From positions 21,638,001 through 21,702,000 of the forward strand of contig NC_135901.1 of NCBI RefSeq assembly GCF_964194155.1: 64,000 nucleotides of DNA. The letters are read 5' to 3'. The translations under genes were made by a program, and so were the position numbers. Of the stretch, positions 1 to 12,949 are shown in pieces; the first letter of the stretch is position 1, and the number at the start of each line of letters is the position of its first letter. This DNA is from Cetorhinus maximus. Its lineage: Eukaryota. A model generated the notes under the pieces. That model ran no database searches and had not been told where the DNA came from. It saw nothing but the letters and a program-made list of their open reading frames with translations.

Positions 1-850
1 CAATTTATCTTAGCCAACTCACGCCTTATAACTTTGTAGTTTCCTTTGTTTAGATTTAGGACCTGAGTTTCGAATTGGACTACTTCATTTTCCATTCTAA
101 TGAAGAATTCTATCATGTTATGGTCACTGTTCCCTAAAGGACCCCGCACCACAAGATTATTAATTAACCCCTTCTCATTGCACAAAACCAAATCTAGGAT
201 AGCCTGTTCCCTAGTTGGTTCCTCGACATACTGGTCTAAAAAAACATCTCATACAGACTCCAAGAATTCATCCGCCACAATGTTATTGCTAATTTGGTTT
301 GCCCAGTCTATATTAGATTAAAGTCACCCATGATTACTGTAGCACCCTTGTATATGCATCTCTAATTTCCTTTTTAATACTGTCCCCTGCCTTACCACCA
401 CTGTCTGGAGGCCTATATACAACTCCCACTCATGTTTTCCACCCCTTGTTGCTTCTTAGCTCCACCCAGACTGATTCTACATCTAGATTTTCTCAGCCGA
501 TATCCTGTCTCACTATTGCACTGATTTCATACTTAACAAACAACACCACTCCACTTTCTTTTCCTTTGTGCCTGCCCTTCCTAAATATTGAATACCCTTG
601 GATATTCAGTTCCCAGCCTTGGTCACCCTACAGCCGTGCCTTTGTAATCGCAATCATATCATAGCTATTTACATCTATTTGCACTATTAATTCGTCTACC
701 TTATTGCGAATGCTCCACGCATTCAGAGACAGTGCCTTTAGTCTTGTCCTTATTCACATCTTCTTTTGTACTATTGCCCTATTTGCTGCTAGCCCCCGTT
801 TCCTCTGCCTTCCACTTTTGCTTTTTACTTTCCTGTCTTTCATGTCTATC
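1..850 (-). mobile_element. CR1-type LINE fragment (endonuclease region)
   Basis: Minus strand reads CR1 endonuclease motifs (VIMGDFNL, ILDLVL, SDHNM); similar to 12069-12846; boundaries approximate. Confidence 0.75.
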
Positions 851-879
851 TTTGTTTCCTTCTTCTGTGTCTCCCACTC

Positions 880-1790
880 AGGTTCCCAACACCATGGAGT
901 CTGTGGGCTGTGGTACAGGTGCCAATGATTGTGATTTGGGGGATCCCATGGGATCCCCTCTGGAGCAGCTTTCCTGGTGAGCCAGTCTGCCTGGTTATTA
1001 CCATCACCCTCTTCACTAACTCTTGCTGCTGACAAACAGCAATTTGCCCTGGACACTTACCAGCAACACCCCGATTCATTCAGAGTTTGTAGTGGTGACT
1101 GAGTGGTTTCCTTTCTGTTGTCGAGAAGCCATATATTTTTTGCCAGGATGAAAGATTCTGCATGAGGGAATTACAACTAGAGGAGCTTTCAGAATAGTTG
1201 GTGCTTCTTTCAGTAATGGGTTGAAGGGCTGTGATGATGCTTTCTAGGCTGAATATTGTGGTCGTTATTTAATAAGGATATTACAGCTGTCATGAGGTAT
1301 CAAAGACACAGAACCAGTCTGGCACAGACCTTGTTTATAAAACAAGGATCCATCCAGATGAACAGTGGAGTCTAACAATGATGTGGCTTTTACTGGTTCA
1401 TTGTACGTGGCCTCTTTCACCTGACATGTATGTGAAGTTTTTCATACTGCAACATCCCAGCCAATTCTTAATTGTGAGGTTGCAGGATATTAATTCAACT
1501 ACTCTATTACATCAGCGATACTCCTTTAATTGACCCTGTATTAAAAATGCCACTGTGGTATGTGGGGTGTGTTGAATTATTGAATTAAACTCTACCAGGT
1601 AACTCTGTGTGCTTAATTAACCAGTGAGCTCTTCATATCTGCTTAGTACACTGGGCAATCGATCTTTGCACAAGGGTGAGTTTGTCTAAAAGCTGTCCAA
1701 CTGGAAAATCTTCTCCATTCACCTCTTGCATTACGACAGCAGACTGACAGCAGACTGTTCTGACTCCACCAGCAGGGCTGTGAAATCAAT
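880..1790 (-). mobile_element. Decayed retroviral pol fragment (tether + RNase H)
   Basis: Minus-strand translation across stops/frameshifts: TVHLDGSLFYKQGLCQTG, PQYSA, W..YGFSTTERKPLSH, GNNQADWLTRKAAPEGIPWDP, in the order expected for retroviral RNase H. Confidence 0.7.
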
Positions 1791-2079
1791 TAAATAAATC
1801 TTGCAAAGAGCCAGCACAGGCATGATGGGCCGAATAGTTTCCATCTGTGCTGTATCATTATATAAAGCAGTGAATATTCAGTATCTGGAGATAAATGAGA
1901 GAAGAACTATTAAGAAAACCTTTATAAGTTCTGCGTAGTTCCACAGCAGAGCAACGGTTTGAATCACTTTGAGAAATAGAACATAGCATTGCACCCGTTC
2001 ACAAGCATGTATGTGATTTCTTAAGTTAACGTATCTCAATTTTAAACAAAATTATTTTCCATTCCCTGTTTGGAGAATC

Positions 2080-2600
2080 AATGGCGCTATTATTAACCAA
2101 CATGCCCGGCGGCTGTGAATGTGCCCTATTAACGGTACAGGAGCCCAGTGCGCAGGTACAGTGCTGGATTCCATCTCGGGCATGCGCAGTGTCACTTTGA
2201 TCAGATCCCGGTGAGTGCAATGGATGCTTTTTTCTGCGGGTGAGAGCTGGTGGGCTGGAGTGAGGAACGGAGCCGGGAGTCCTGGGTGGGGCGGGTGGAG
2301 AGAGGGGAGATTTTATAAACAACCGCTGGAGGCCACAAGCTCCGAATTAGACCCTGCAGGTCCGGCGTTTGTACTACCGGGGCTTTTTCTCTTCAACAGG
2401 CCCAGATTAACGATCACCATCTTTGTTCAGCGCTGAGCAGAGCGCGTGCGCAGCAATCTTGGTGACGCAACAGAGTGTGGGCGGGGCTCCAGGTTCCCGG
2501 TGAGCAGCAGATTGACAGGTCAGGGATAACGGCCGCCATCGTTCCAGGAGCCAGGTGCTTTAGGACGCATGCGCGGCGATCCTAAGCACGGAAGACATCA
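2080..2600 (+). promoter_or_regulatory. CpG-island promoter/first exon of ZNF unit A
   Basis: CpG-rich; GC boxes; NRF1-like GCATGCGC/GCGTGCGC; YY1-like GCCGCCAT; GTGAG donors. Confidence 0.65.
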
Positions 2601-3030
2601 GAATTAGGAGCAGGAATCGGCTATTCGGCCCATCGAGCCTGCTCCGCTAATGAAATAAACTCATGGCTGATCTGATTGTTCCTCCTGCCCCCATAATCCT
2701 TGAGTCCCTTGTAGACTGAGCCTCCATTGCTCATTTGGGAAGAGAATTCCACAGACGAATGACCTTCTGAGAGAAGAAATTTCTCCTCATCTCAGTGTTA
2801 AATGGGAGACTTCTTAGTTTTGAACACTGCCCCTTAGTTCTAGATTCTCCCTATGAGGGGCAACACCTTTCAGCATCTATCTGTCTAGAGCCCTCAGAAT
2901 CTTATATGTTTCAATAAAATCCTCTCCCATTCTTATAAACTCCAATGAGTACAACCTCTAACCTTGCTTCAAACGACAAACTCCCTCATCCCAAGAATCA
3001 GACTAGTGAACCTTTACTGAACTGCCTCCT
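2600..3030 (-). mobile_element. CR1 LINE 3' end
   Basis: Antisense CR1 tail matching the start of the element at 10130. Confidence 0.7.
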
Positions 3031-3317
3031 GTGCAAATAATAAGCCTTAAGTATTCCTGGGACTGGAAAAAGGAGGGAATGTTGTGAATTTCTATCCTGG
3101 ACTAACAGTGATGGATTTTGGAAACTCTTTTTACAGGGGGTTAGAAGGGGAGGATTTACACACAGCAAGCTCAGTTCAAGAGAAAAGTTTATCTATTCTG
3201 AATTTCTAACCACTACTGACACTAATGACTCTTGTAATCTCCTTTCACAGGGAGCTAAAGATTTGAAAACTGATACTTTTCCCTGACTCAGTGCTTCTAA
3301 TATCTTTCCAACTGCAG

Positions 3318-3362
3318 GCTCCAGCAGATTTTAAATTTGAAAACAGTGAAATTGTTTCGGAG
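3318..3362 (+). other. Putative 45-nt micro-exon (APADFKFENSEIVSE in phase 0)
   Basis: ctgcAG acceptor and GTGAGT donor; paralogs at 44588-44635, 56890-56937, about 33500-33543 and about 39627-39678. Confidence 0.5.
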
Positions 3363-4399
3363 GTGAGTACTATTGAACATTCATCTACACTTTGGAGCTT
3401 TTAGTGTTGTGCTCTGGAGCTGGTGTGGCCCCTTTACTGTGGATCTGAATCCATGTCCATCTATTGCTCTGATTCACCTCTGCCCTCCCTGATCACCTTT
3501 CTGTCATGGTCTAACTTCCTCTGCCTGTAATAATGGTTGTAATTTAACCATGTTTGGTATTTTACTGTTCTTTCTACAGTTACTGCCTGACCTGCTGAGT
3601 ACTTTCAGCATTTGCTCTTTTTATTTTAGTTTTCCAGCAGCTGCAGTATTTTGCTTTTGTTTTATTCCAAGTGTTTCCCTCAGAACTGAGTCTAGAAACA
3701 CAGATAGACCAATTAAGAACTGACTGGTAATGGGCTGGGTATTGGTGAAAAGTTTGATCCCCAGCCCCCAGAATGGGTCCTTTTTCACAGAATCATTGAA
3801 TAGTTATAATACTGAAGGAGGCTATTTAGCCCATCGTACCCATGCTGGCTCTCTGCAAGAGCAGATCAGTTAGTCCCACTCCCCTGCCCTTTCCTCATAG
3901 TCCAATAGTTTTTTTTTCTCTCCAGGATCTTATCCAATTCCCTTTGTTTTGTTGCATCAGTTTGAGCTGGAGTGGAGATGGAGGAGAAGCTGCTGGGTTT
4001 AACCCCAAGAAGCTCATTGGGACCAACGATTTTAGTTGTGAAACTGTCAAGGGAGGAAGATTCCAGGGGAGATCTGGTTGCTAAACGGACATTTAGGAAC
4101 AAGCATTTCTTTAGATGCTTCAATCAATTTTACATATACATGTTTTAAAAGTTTGTGGAATTTGGGTGACACCAACAAGACCAGCAGCAGATATTGTCAA
4201 TCCCCAGTTAACTGTGGAGAAGATAATGTTTGACCTTCTTGAACCACTGCAGTCGGTATGGTGAAGGTGCTCCCACAATGCTGTTCGGTCAGGAGTTACA
4301 GGTTATTCACCCAGTGGTGATGAAGGAATGGTGATGTCCAAATCAATGACAATGATTTGCATTTATATTGTGTCTTTAACATAATAAAACTTTCCAAGA

Positions 4400-4985
4400 C
4401 ATTCACTGAAATGTTACATAGCAACATTAGACACCGAGTCACATCAGGTGATATTAGAGCAGGCGACCAAAAGCTTGGTCAATGAGGTAAAGAAGTGGAG
4501 AGATTCAAGGAGGAAATTCCAGAGCTTGGGCCTAGGCAACTGAAGCAATGGCCACCATTGCTGGTGTGATTAAAATGTGGAATTCTCATGATGCTGCAAT
4601 TAGATGAGTGCAGGTATCTCAAAGGGTTATGTGACTGGAGGAGATTACAGAGATACGGATGGGTAAGTCTAGAGGTAACAAAGGAATGGAGGAGCGTTTC
4701 AGAAGCAGATGAGCTGAGACTAGGAAAGAGCCGAGCAATGTTACTGGGGTGGAAATAGGCGGTCGTGGTGATGATGTGGATCGGTGGTCAGAAGCTCAGT
4801 TTGGGGTAAAAGATGACAGCGATCTTGTGAACAGTCTGGTTCAGCTTCAGACAATTTCTGGGGAGAAGGATGGAGTCAGTGGTTATGGAGTGGAGTTTGC
4901 AGCAGGGACTGAAGACAATGGCAATCATGTTCCCAGTATTTAATTGAAGGAAATTTCTGTTCACCCAGGACTGGATGTTAGACAA
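4400..4985 (-). mobile_element. L2-type LINE fragments shared by the duplicated ZNF units
   Basis: ORF 4788-4985 (IQSWVNRNFLQLN) is L2 RT-like; same fragments at equivalent intron positions in units B-E. Confidence 0.7.
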
Positions 4986-5139
4986 GTCAGGATGTTGTCT
5001 GAGTTGAAGGGGAACTTGCAGGCGATGGTGTTCACATGCACCTTCTACCCTGGTCCTTCCAGGTGGTTGAGCTTGACAGTTTGGGAGGTTCTGTCACCTT
5101 TTGGCCAAACCATAGATTTATAAAAGGACTCTTTCATCT

Positions 5140-5280
5140 GCCTCTCTCTCTATTTCTCTCTCTCTTTCTCTATCTCTCTTTCTATATCTCTATTTCTCTC
5201 TCTCGCGCTCATGCTCTCGCACTCACTCGCGCTCGCTCTCTCGCTCGCACTCTCTCTCTCTCGCGCTCTCTCTTTTTTTC
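5140..5280. repeat. (CT)n/CTCG-rich microsatellite
   Basis: Directly visible low-complexity repeat. Confidence 0.9.
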
Positions 5281-5602
5281 CTCCTATAGCATCCAAAGTC
5301 CCCTTTAGGTCCAGACTGAGTGACAGTTTCCCTTCCCTGAAGGACATTAATGAACCAGTTGGGTTTTTATGACAGCCCTTCAGCTTTCATTGTCTTTTTT
5401 CCAATTGCAAGTCCCATAAATTCATTCAGCACAATTTCACAGTCTGTTTTTGTGGGTTCTCTGTCACTTTTTTTTCTGTTTTAAATTTCACAGGGTATTA
5501 GAAGGGGAGGATTTGCAGTCGGGAAACTGAAACCAAACATCACAACAGGATCTGATGGAGTTGCCCAATTTATGTTAACGTGAATATTATTGGATTTTGC
5601 AT

Positions 5603-6724
5603 ATGGAAGGGAAAAGCACCATCCACAATGGAGAGAAACCATACATGTGTTGTGTGTGTGGACGAGGCTTCAGCCGATCATCTGGCCTGTCGAGACACAA
5701 GCACAGTCACACTAGGGAGAAACCATGGAAATGTGAGGACTGTGGGAAAGGATTCACTCATTCATCCGCCCTGCAGAATCACCAGCGAATTCACACTGGG
5801 GAGAGACCATTCACCTGCTCCGAGTGTGGGAAGGGATTCACTCGGTCAGCCACCCTGCTGAATCATCGGCGAGTTCACACTGGGGAGAGGCCATTCACCT
5901 GCTCCGAGTGTGGGAAGGGATTCACTCAGTCATCCCACCTGTTGACACACCAGCGTGATCACACTGGGGAGAGACCATTCACCTGTTCTGTGTGTGGGAA
6001 GGGATTCACTCGGTCATCCCACCTGTTAACACACCAGCGAGTTCACACTGGGGAGAGACCATTCACCTGCTCTGTATGTGGGAAGGGATTCATTCAATTA
6101 TCCAACCTGTTGGCTCACCGGCAGGTTCATACTGGGGAGAGACCATTCACCTGCTCCGAGTGTGGGAAGGGATTCACTCAATCCGGCAGCCTGCATTTAC
6201 ACAAGCTCACTCACACTGGGGAGAGACCATTCACCTGCTCAGAGTGTGAGAAGGGATTCACTCGGTCATCCGACTTGCTTATACACCAGCGAGTTCACAC
6301 TGATGAAAGACCTTTTAAATGCCCAGATTGTGGGAAGTGCTATAAAAGTTCCGGGCAATTGATCTCCCACCAACGTGTTCACACTGAGGAGAGACCGTTC
6401 AAGTGCTCTCACTGTGGGGCCGGGTTCAGGCGATCAACAAACCTCACTGTACACCAACGAATTCACACTGGGGAGAGACCATTCACCTGCTCTGAGTGCG
6501 GGAAGGGATTCTCTGATTTATCCACCCTTCTGAAACACCAGCGTGCGCACACTGGAGAGAGGCCATTCACCTGCCCTGAGTGTGGGAAGGGATTCACTCA
6601 GTCAGCCAACCTGCTGAGGCACCAGCGGATTCACACTGGGGAGAGGCCATTCACCTGCTGCAAGTGTGGGAAGGGATTCATTGACTTGTCCAACCTGCTG
6701 AGACACCAGCGAGTTCATGAGTAA
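5603..6724 (+). CDS. C2H2 zinc-finger protein, 13 fingers, no KRAB seen (unit A)
   Basis: Uninterrupted ORF from ATG 5603; tandem CxxC-x12-HxxxH with TGERP linkers; acceptor tttcacAG near 5492. Confidence 0.92.
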   Translation: MEGKSTIHNGEKPYMCCVCGRGFSRSSGLSRHKHSHTREKPWKCEDCGKGFTHSSALQNHQRIHTGERPFTCSECGKGFTRSATLLNHRRVHTGERPFTCSECGKGFTQSSHLLTHQRDHTGERPFTCSVCGKGFTRSSHLLTHQRVHTGERPFTCSVCGKGFIQLSNLLAHRQVHTGERPFTCSECGKGFTQSGSLHLHKLTHTGERPFTCSECEKGFTRSSDLLIHQRVHTDERPFKCPDCGKCYKSSGQLISHQRVHTEERPFKCSHCGAGFRRSTNLTVHQRIHTGERPFTCSECGKGFSDLSTLLKHQRAHTGERPFTCPECGKGFTQSANLLRHQRIHTGERPFTCCKCGKGFIDLSNLLRHQRVHE

Positions 6725-6789
6725 CTACTGTGATTTGATTTTGTTGTTAACCACATCCAGGAATGAACCATGTTCATTGGGATATGTTT

Positions 6790-7240
6790 TTTCTTCTTCC
6801 TCTTCCTCCCAGTTTACTTGGGGTCACCACAATGCTGCTTGATCACCTTCTCTATCTCCTCCTGTCACTCACACATTCCTCTTCCAATCCCACTGCATTT
6901 CTGTCTCTGACCACCACATCTTTCCATCTGGTCATTGACCTTCGTCTTCTCCTTCTTCCTGACAGTCCCATGTCCATCACTCACCTCACCACATTTTCTC
7001 TCTCTCTCTACAACAAACGACCAGACCATTTCAATCTCTTCTCAGCTACTTTCTTTGATGTTTCCACAATCTTCACTGACCCCCTGATGTACTGGTTTCT
7101 AATCCTTTCTTGTCACTCCACACATCCATCTCAGCATCTGTATCTCATTAGTATCCAGTCGTTGTCCTCTCTTCTTGATATTGTCCAAGTTACCCCAGGT
7201 ATTTGAAGCTACTCATGTTGTCCAAGTCTTCACCCATCAT
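6790..7240 (-). mobile_element. RTE-like LINE 3' fragment in the ZNF 3' UTR
   Basis: Interrupts the 3' UTR motif that is contiguous in paralogs; minus strand resembles an RTE ORF C-terminus. Confidence 0.5.
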
Positions 7241-9589
7241 CTTTACGCCTTCACTTTGATTGTCTTCCTTAGGCTCAAACCGACAATCCATAGATTGGGT
7301 CTTTGGTTCACTAATGTCCTTCAGGGAAGGAAATCTGTATGGACTCGAAACGTTAACTTGGTTTTTCTATTTCCACTGATGCTGCTAGACCTGCTGAGTT
7401 TTTTCAGCATTTTCTGGTTTTATTTCAGTTTCCCAGCATTCATCGTATTTTGCTTTTATTTAAAACAATCTCCATGTTGTATGGCCTTCCCGGTATTTCT
7501 CCATCACTTGTCTCAAAACAAAAATAGCTTTGGGATCTGTTTCTGCTGATGTTAATAAACTCTATCCCAGTTATATGTGTTAATACTCTGGATAAAAGTC
7601 AAATCAGCTTTAACAGACAGTATGATGAGTCATTTTGATATCTCTCATAAATTAGTGCCTTGTTTAGGTCTCTCCCTCTCCCCTGTCTCTTCCTCCTCAC
7701 CAACAACAAGTGTGAGGAGCTCATGGTGCTTCTTTGTCTCTAAGATTGAAACAATCTGATCAGCTGCCACTTCCTCTTCCCTCCCTCCCACTAGCCCACC
7801 AGGAAAAACTTCGCCTCAAGATCGGCCCAGCTGTAGCCCTAAACTCACATCTTTCTTTAGTTTCTCTTATTCCCTCAAGAGCTCCTCTTGTCCGTGGGAT
7901 CCACCTTCTGCTCAATTGATCCTATTGCCACTAAACTGCTAACCACACAGAAGAGTTTTGAAGGAGGGTAAGTTTATGCAGGGCGGAAGATGGGGGACCA
8001 ATCAGGAGAAGATTGGAATTGTCGATTCTAGATGTAACAAAATCATGGATGAGGATGAGGATTTCAGCAGCAAATGTGCTGAGGCAGGATGGAAACAACT
8101 GATATTACAGGGGTGGACGGAGGTAATCTTAGTGATGGAGAGGATATGTCGTCCGTAGCTCAGCCCTCACCTCAGGGTCAAATAGGAAACTAAGGTTGCA
8201 ATTGGCCTGGTTCAGCCTCAGACTGTGGTCAGGGAGGGGGATGGAGCTGGTAATGAGGGTAACAAAGTTTATTGTGGGGGGAGGTTTCATGGGCCTGACT
8301 ATTAATCCACCTCCTGGGCCACACTGTACAGACCAGAGAATTGATCCAATTCTACCTCATTGGATTACAAGCCATTTGGTCCCATCTCAATGTGTTGGCG
8401 AAAATTACTGTTCACCAATTGGGCTTTCAATGACACTGTTACAACCCATAATTTTCCATGTGAGAGAATGTGCCTCATCAATGACTACAGGAGCCCAGTG
8501 TGATTCCTCAGCACCGGATTGTACTCTGAGCATGTGCAGTGCAAGTGGTGGATGTGCAACATGCTGAACAGAAGCCGGGCAGAGAGTACAGGGAATATCG
8601 GTTCCAGGAACAGACCATTTGTTTCAACTAGCCTGAGTGGTTATCTTCAACATGAATCTCCTTCTATTCCATCTTCCTCATCTCAGTCTTTCAGCTTATG
8701 TTCCTATTCTCTTTTCTCTCATGTAACCATCTTTCCTTTTGAAAACATCTAAGCTATTTCACCTCAACCACCTCCTGTGGTAGCGAATTTCACATTCTAA
8801 CCATTCTCTGAGTAAAGACGTTTCCCCTTATTTGCCTGTTAGATTCATGAGTTACCATCTTGTACATATGGCGCTAGTATTTTATTCTCCCACAAGTTAA
8901 TAATTTAAAAGACCTCTAACACCTCAAAGTCTCTTTTCGAAAGATAAAAGCCCAAACCTGTTCAATCTTTCAAAAACTGCAGTTATGAGATTTTTGCACT
9001 TTCACCTGTGCTTCTTTGTCCTTTCTACAGAACAGAAACCAGAGCTGTGCACAGGATCTTACACGAATTGAACATAATTTCACTATTTCTGAATTCTGTA
9101 CCTCTATAAATAAATGCCACTCCTTTGTGAGTATTTTTAATTGATGTGCTGACTTGCAGTGATGGTTTTAATTAATTGTTCACTTCTATCCAGAGATTGC
9201 TTTGCTCTTCTGCACCAGTAGCTTTATTTTCTCAGGTGCAGGTGATTCAAAGTGCATCATCGCAACTTATCTATGTTAATGTTCACTTGCCACTTCACTT
9301 CCCAGGCTGGAAGTTTTGTAATGTGTATGTTACATTTTTCCTCAGTTTTAGATGTACGCCCCTAGTTTGGTATCAACTACAAATTTTGACATTGAATTAC
9401 TTGTTCTCAGGTCCAAATAGCAGTGCTATACGAGAACTGGTCCTTGTTGATCACCATTTTTGACCCTTTTCCAATCTGATATTGGTGAGGGAGGTGGGGT
9501 GCATTGCACAGACTTCGTATCAGGTATGGAAGGTCCAGGCTTTCGATTTTCTACATATTATAGGCGCTTACGCTGTATTGCGCCTTTGG

Positions 9590-10130
9590 CCCCGATCTCG
9601 CTTGGGATACCGAGACATTGATTTTCAGTCAGCAGTTCAAGCTGTCAATGGTGGTTTGTTTACCGAAAATACGCCGCACTGCAGAAAGTCTATCAACGAC
9701 GATAGGAGTCCAGTGCGCAGGTGCGGTGTGGGTGTGCGCTCTGAGCATGCTCAGTGTTAGTCATGGTGACAGAGTGAGGAGGAGCGGACGGTTCGGGAGG
9801 CGGGAGGAGATTGTGAGCACAGGGTAGGAATGGAAACCGCGGCTGGACTGGGAACTGGATCAACTTCTGGGGTAGGCTCCAGGCCCTGAATAAGAGGCCG
9901 TTGGCCCCGCGTTTACCCGCGATGACAAGGCCGGGTAGCAGGCTTACTGGCCGCCATATTGCGAGTCAGGGCGGATCAGGGAAGGCGGAGCTTCCTCACC
10001 GGTGACGGGCCCGGGTTATCCAGGCAACAGGCCGCCATCTTGAGAGAGGAAGGCGGGGCTTGTTCAGGGAGCGAGGCGCATGGGCGGCCATCTTGGTGAG
10101 GGAGTGGGCGGGGATTGTTCGGTGAGCGGG
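9590..10130 (+). promoter_or_regulatory. CpG-island promoter, probably of the ZNF at 14014
   Basis: High CpG; several YY1-like GCCGCCAT(C/A)TT; GC boxes; GTGAG donors. Confidence 0.65.
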
Positions 10131-12900
10131 AATTAGGAGCAGGAATAGGCCATTCGGCCCTTCGAGCCTGCTCCACCATTCAATAAGATCGTGGCTGATC
10201 TGACTGTAACCTCCAGTACACATTCTGCCTTCCCCTGAAATCTTACACCCCCTTGTTAGTCAAGAGTCTATATAACTTTTGCCTTAAAAATATTGATAGA
10301 TCCAGTCTCCACCACTCTCTGGGGAAACAAATTCCAAAGATTCACCACCCTTTGAGAGAAAACAAATTCTCATCTCTGCCTTAAATAGGAGGCCTCTTAG
10401 TTTTAAGCTATGTCCCCTATTTCTAGTCTCCCCCACAAGGGGAAACATCATTTCAGCATCCATCCTGTCAAGGCCCTTCAGGACCTGATATGTTTCAATA
10501 AGATCACCTCTCATTCTTCTTAACTCCAATGTATACTGGACCAGCCTGTTCAACTTTTCCTCGTAAAATAACCCCAATCCCAATTATCAGCTGAGTGAAC
10601 CTTCTCTGAACTGCTGTAACGCATTTATACCCCTTTCTTGAAAATGGATACCAAAACTGTACACAGTGCTCTAGATGTGGTCTTACTAACAACCTGTCCA
10701 ACTGTAGCAAAACATCCCAACTTTTATATTCCATTTCCCTTGCAAGAAGCCAAAACATTCAATTTGCCTTCCTAATCACTTGCTGTGCCTACACACCAAC
10801 ATTTTGTTATTCAGATACAGGACACCCAGTTCCCTCTGTATCTCAGAGTTCTGCAGTCTCTCTCCGTTTAAATAATATGCTGCTCTTCTATTCTTCCTGC
10901 CAAAGTGCACAGGTCCACATTTTACTCCATCTGCCAAATTTTTACCCACTCACTTAACCTGTCTATATCACTTTACAGACTCCTTATGATTTTTGGCAAA
11001 TTGCAGCCCTACCTATCTTTGTGTCATCAGCAGATTTAGCAACCATACATTCAGCCCCGTCATCCAAGCCATTAATATAGGTTGTAGATAGTTGATCCCT
11101 GTGGCACTTCACTCGTTACATTTTGCCAACCCGAAAATGATCCATTTATGCCAACTCTCTGTTTCCTGTTAGCTAATCGATCCCCTAGCCATGCTAATAT
11201 GTTATCCCGAACACCATGAGCTTATTTTGTATAGTAACCTTTGGTGTGGCATCTTGTCAATCCTGGAAATCTAGTACATCACATCCACAGATTCTCCTTT
11301 ATCCACAATGCTTGTTACTTCCTCAAGCCAATTTCCCTTTCACAAAACCCTGTTGACTCTATCTGATTGCATTGAGATTTTCCAAGTGCCCCACTATAAC
11401 CTTCTTAATGATAGATTCCAGCATTTCCCCAGTGACACATGTTAAGCTTGTTGGGCTGTAATTTCCTGCTTTCTGTCCCCCTGTGTTGAATGAAGGTGTT
11501 ACCTTAGAAATTTTCCAATTTGTTGGGATCATTCCAGAATCCAGGGAATTTTGGAAAATTAAAACAAATGCATCTACTGTCTGAGCAACTACTTCTTTTA
11601 GGACGCGAAGGTGAAGACCATCAGGACCCGGGGATTTTTCAACTTTCAGTTCTAATAATTTTCTCAGTGCTCTTTCCCTGGTGATTGTAATTGTTTTAAG
11701 TCCCTCCCTTCCTTTCACCTCTCCAGTGAAGATGCAAAATATGTGTTCAATTCATCTTCCATTTCCTTATTTTCCATTATTAATTCCCAGACTCGTCCTG
11801 TAGAGGACCAATGTTCACTTTACCTCTTTTCCTTTTTGAATACCCATAGAAACTCTTACAATCTGCTTTTACATTTCCAGCTAGCTTTCTCTTGTACTCT
11901 AAATTCTTCCTCATTTTTTAGCTGTTCTTTGCTTTTTCTATATTCTGTCCAATCTTCTAACCTGCCACTAATCTTCACATAATTGTACGCTTTTTCTTTC
12001 AATTTGATACTATCTTAACTGCCTTAGTTAGCCACGTATGGTACGTCTTTCCCCTAGAGTCTTTTTTCTCAATGGAATGTATCTTTCTGAGTATTATGAA
12101 ATATCTCCTTAAATATCTGCCACTGCATCTCTACTGACTTAACACTTAGTCTAATTTCCCAGTTCGCTTTGGCCAGCTCTGTCTTCATACCCTCATAATT
12201 GTCCTTATTTAAGTTCAAAACACTAGTCTTACACCCATTCGTCTCTCCCTCGAACTGAATACAAAATTCAATCATATTATGATCACTGCTACCTTGGGGC
12301 ACCTTTACTATGAGGCCATTAATTCATCCTTTCCCATTACACATTATCAGATCCAGAATAGCCTGCTTTCTGATTGTGTGTAGCACATGCTGCTCTAAGA
12401 AATTGTTCCGAAAACACACGATGAACTCATCTTCCAGGTTAACTTTGCCATTCGGATTCATCCAATCTATATGTAGGTTAAAATCACCCATGATTGTTGC
12501 TGTATCTTTCTCACAAGCCCCCATTATTTCTTAAAAGCAAAAAACTGCGGATGCTGGAAATCCAAAACAAAAATAAATATAAAAATACCTGGATTATACC
12601 TGGATTAATACCTACCATTATTTCTTCCTGGATACCCCGTCCTACAGTGTGGTTACTGTTAGGGGGCCTATAAACTACTCCCACAAGTGACTTCCTACCT
12701 TTACTATTTCTTATCTCTACCCAATCTGATTCTACATCTTGATCTCCAGAACTAAGGTCATCTGTCTCTGTTGTACTAATGTCATCCTTAACTGACAGAT
12801 CTACCCATCCACCTTTTCCTAGCTTCCTGTCCTTCTGAAACATCATGTGCCCTTGAATATTCAGATCCCAGCCTTTTCCACCTTGAAGCTATGTCTCTGT
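10130..12900 (-). mobile_element. Decayed CR1 LINE ORF2 (endonuclease, RT, 3' end)
   Basis: ORFs 12511-12846 (VGVVYRPP), 12324-12524 (IMGDFN), 11359-11718 (KSPGPDGLH), 10504-10758 (LVRPHLEHCVQFW), 10284-10583. Confidence 0.9.
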
Positions 12901-12949
12901 AATAGCTTTCAGATCACAATACCTCTCCCCAGTGTGTACAGTTTTGTAT

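Noticed and set aside
5036-5347. ORFs over the CT repeat
   Set aside because: Microsatellite translation artefacts
5992-6362. Overlapping ORFs within ZNF exons ([13 protein letters not shown] types)
   Set aside because: Shifted frames of the 84-bp finger repeat, expected for C2H2 arrays
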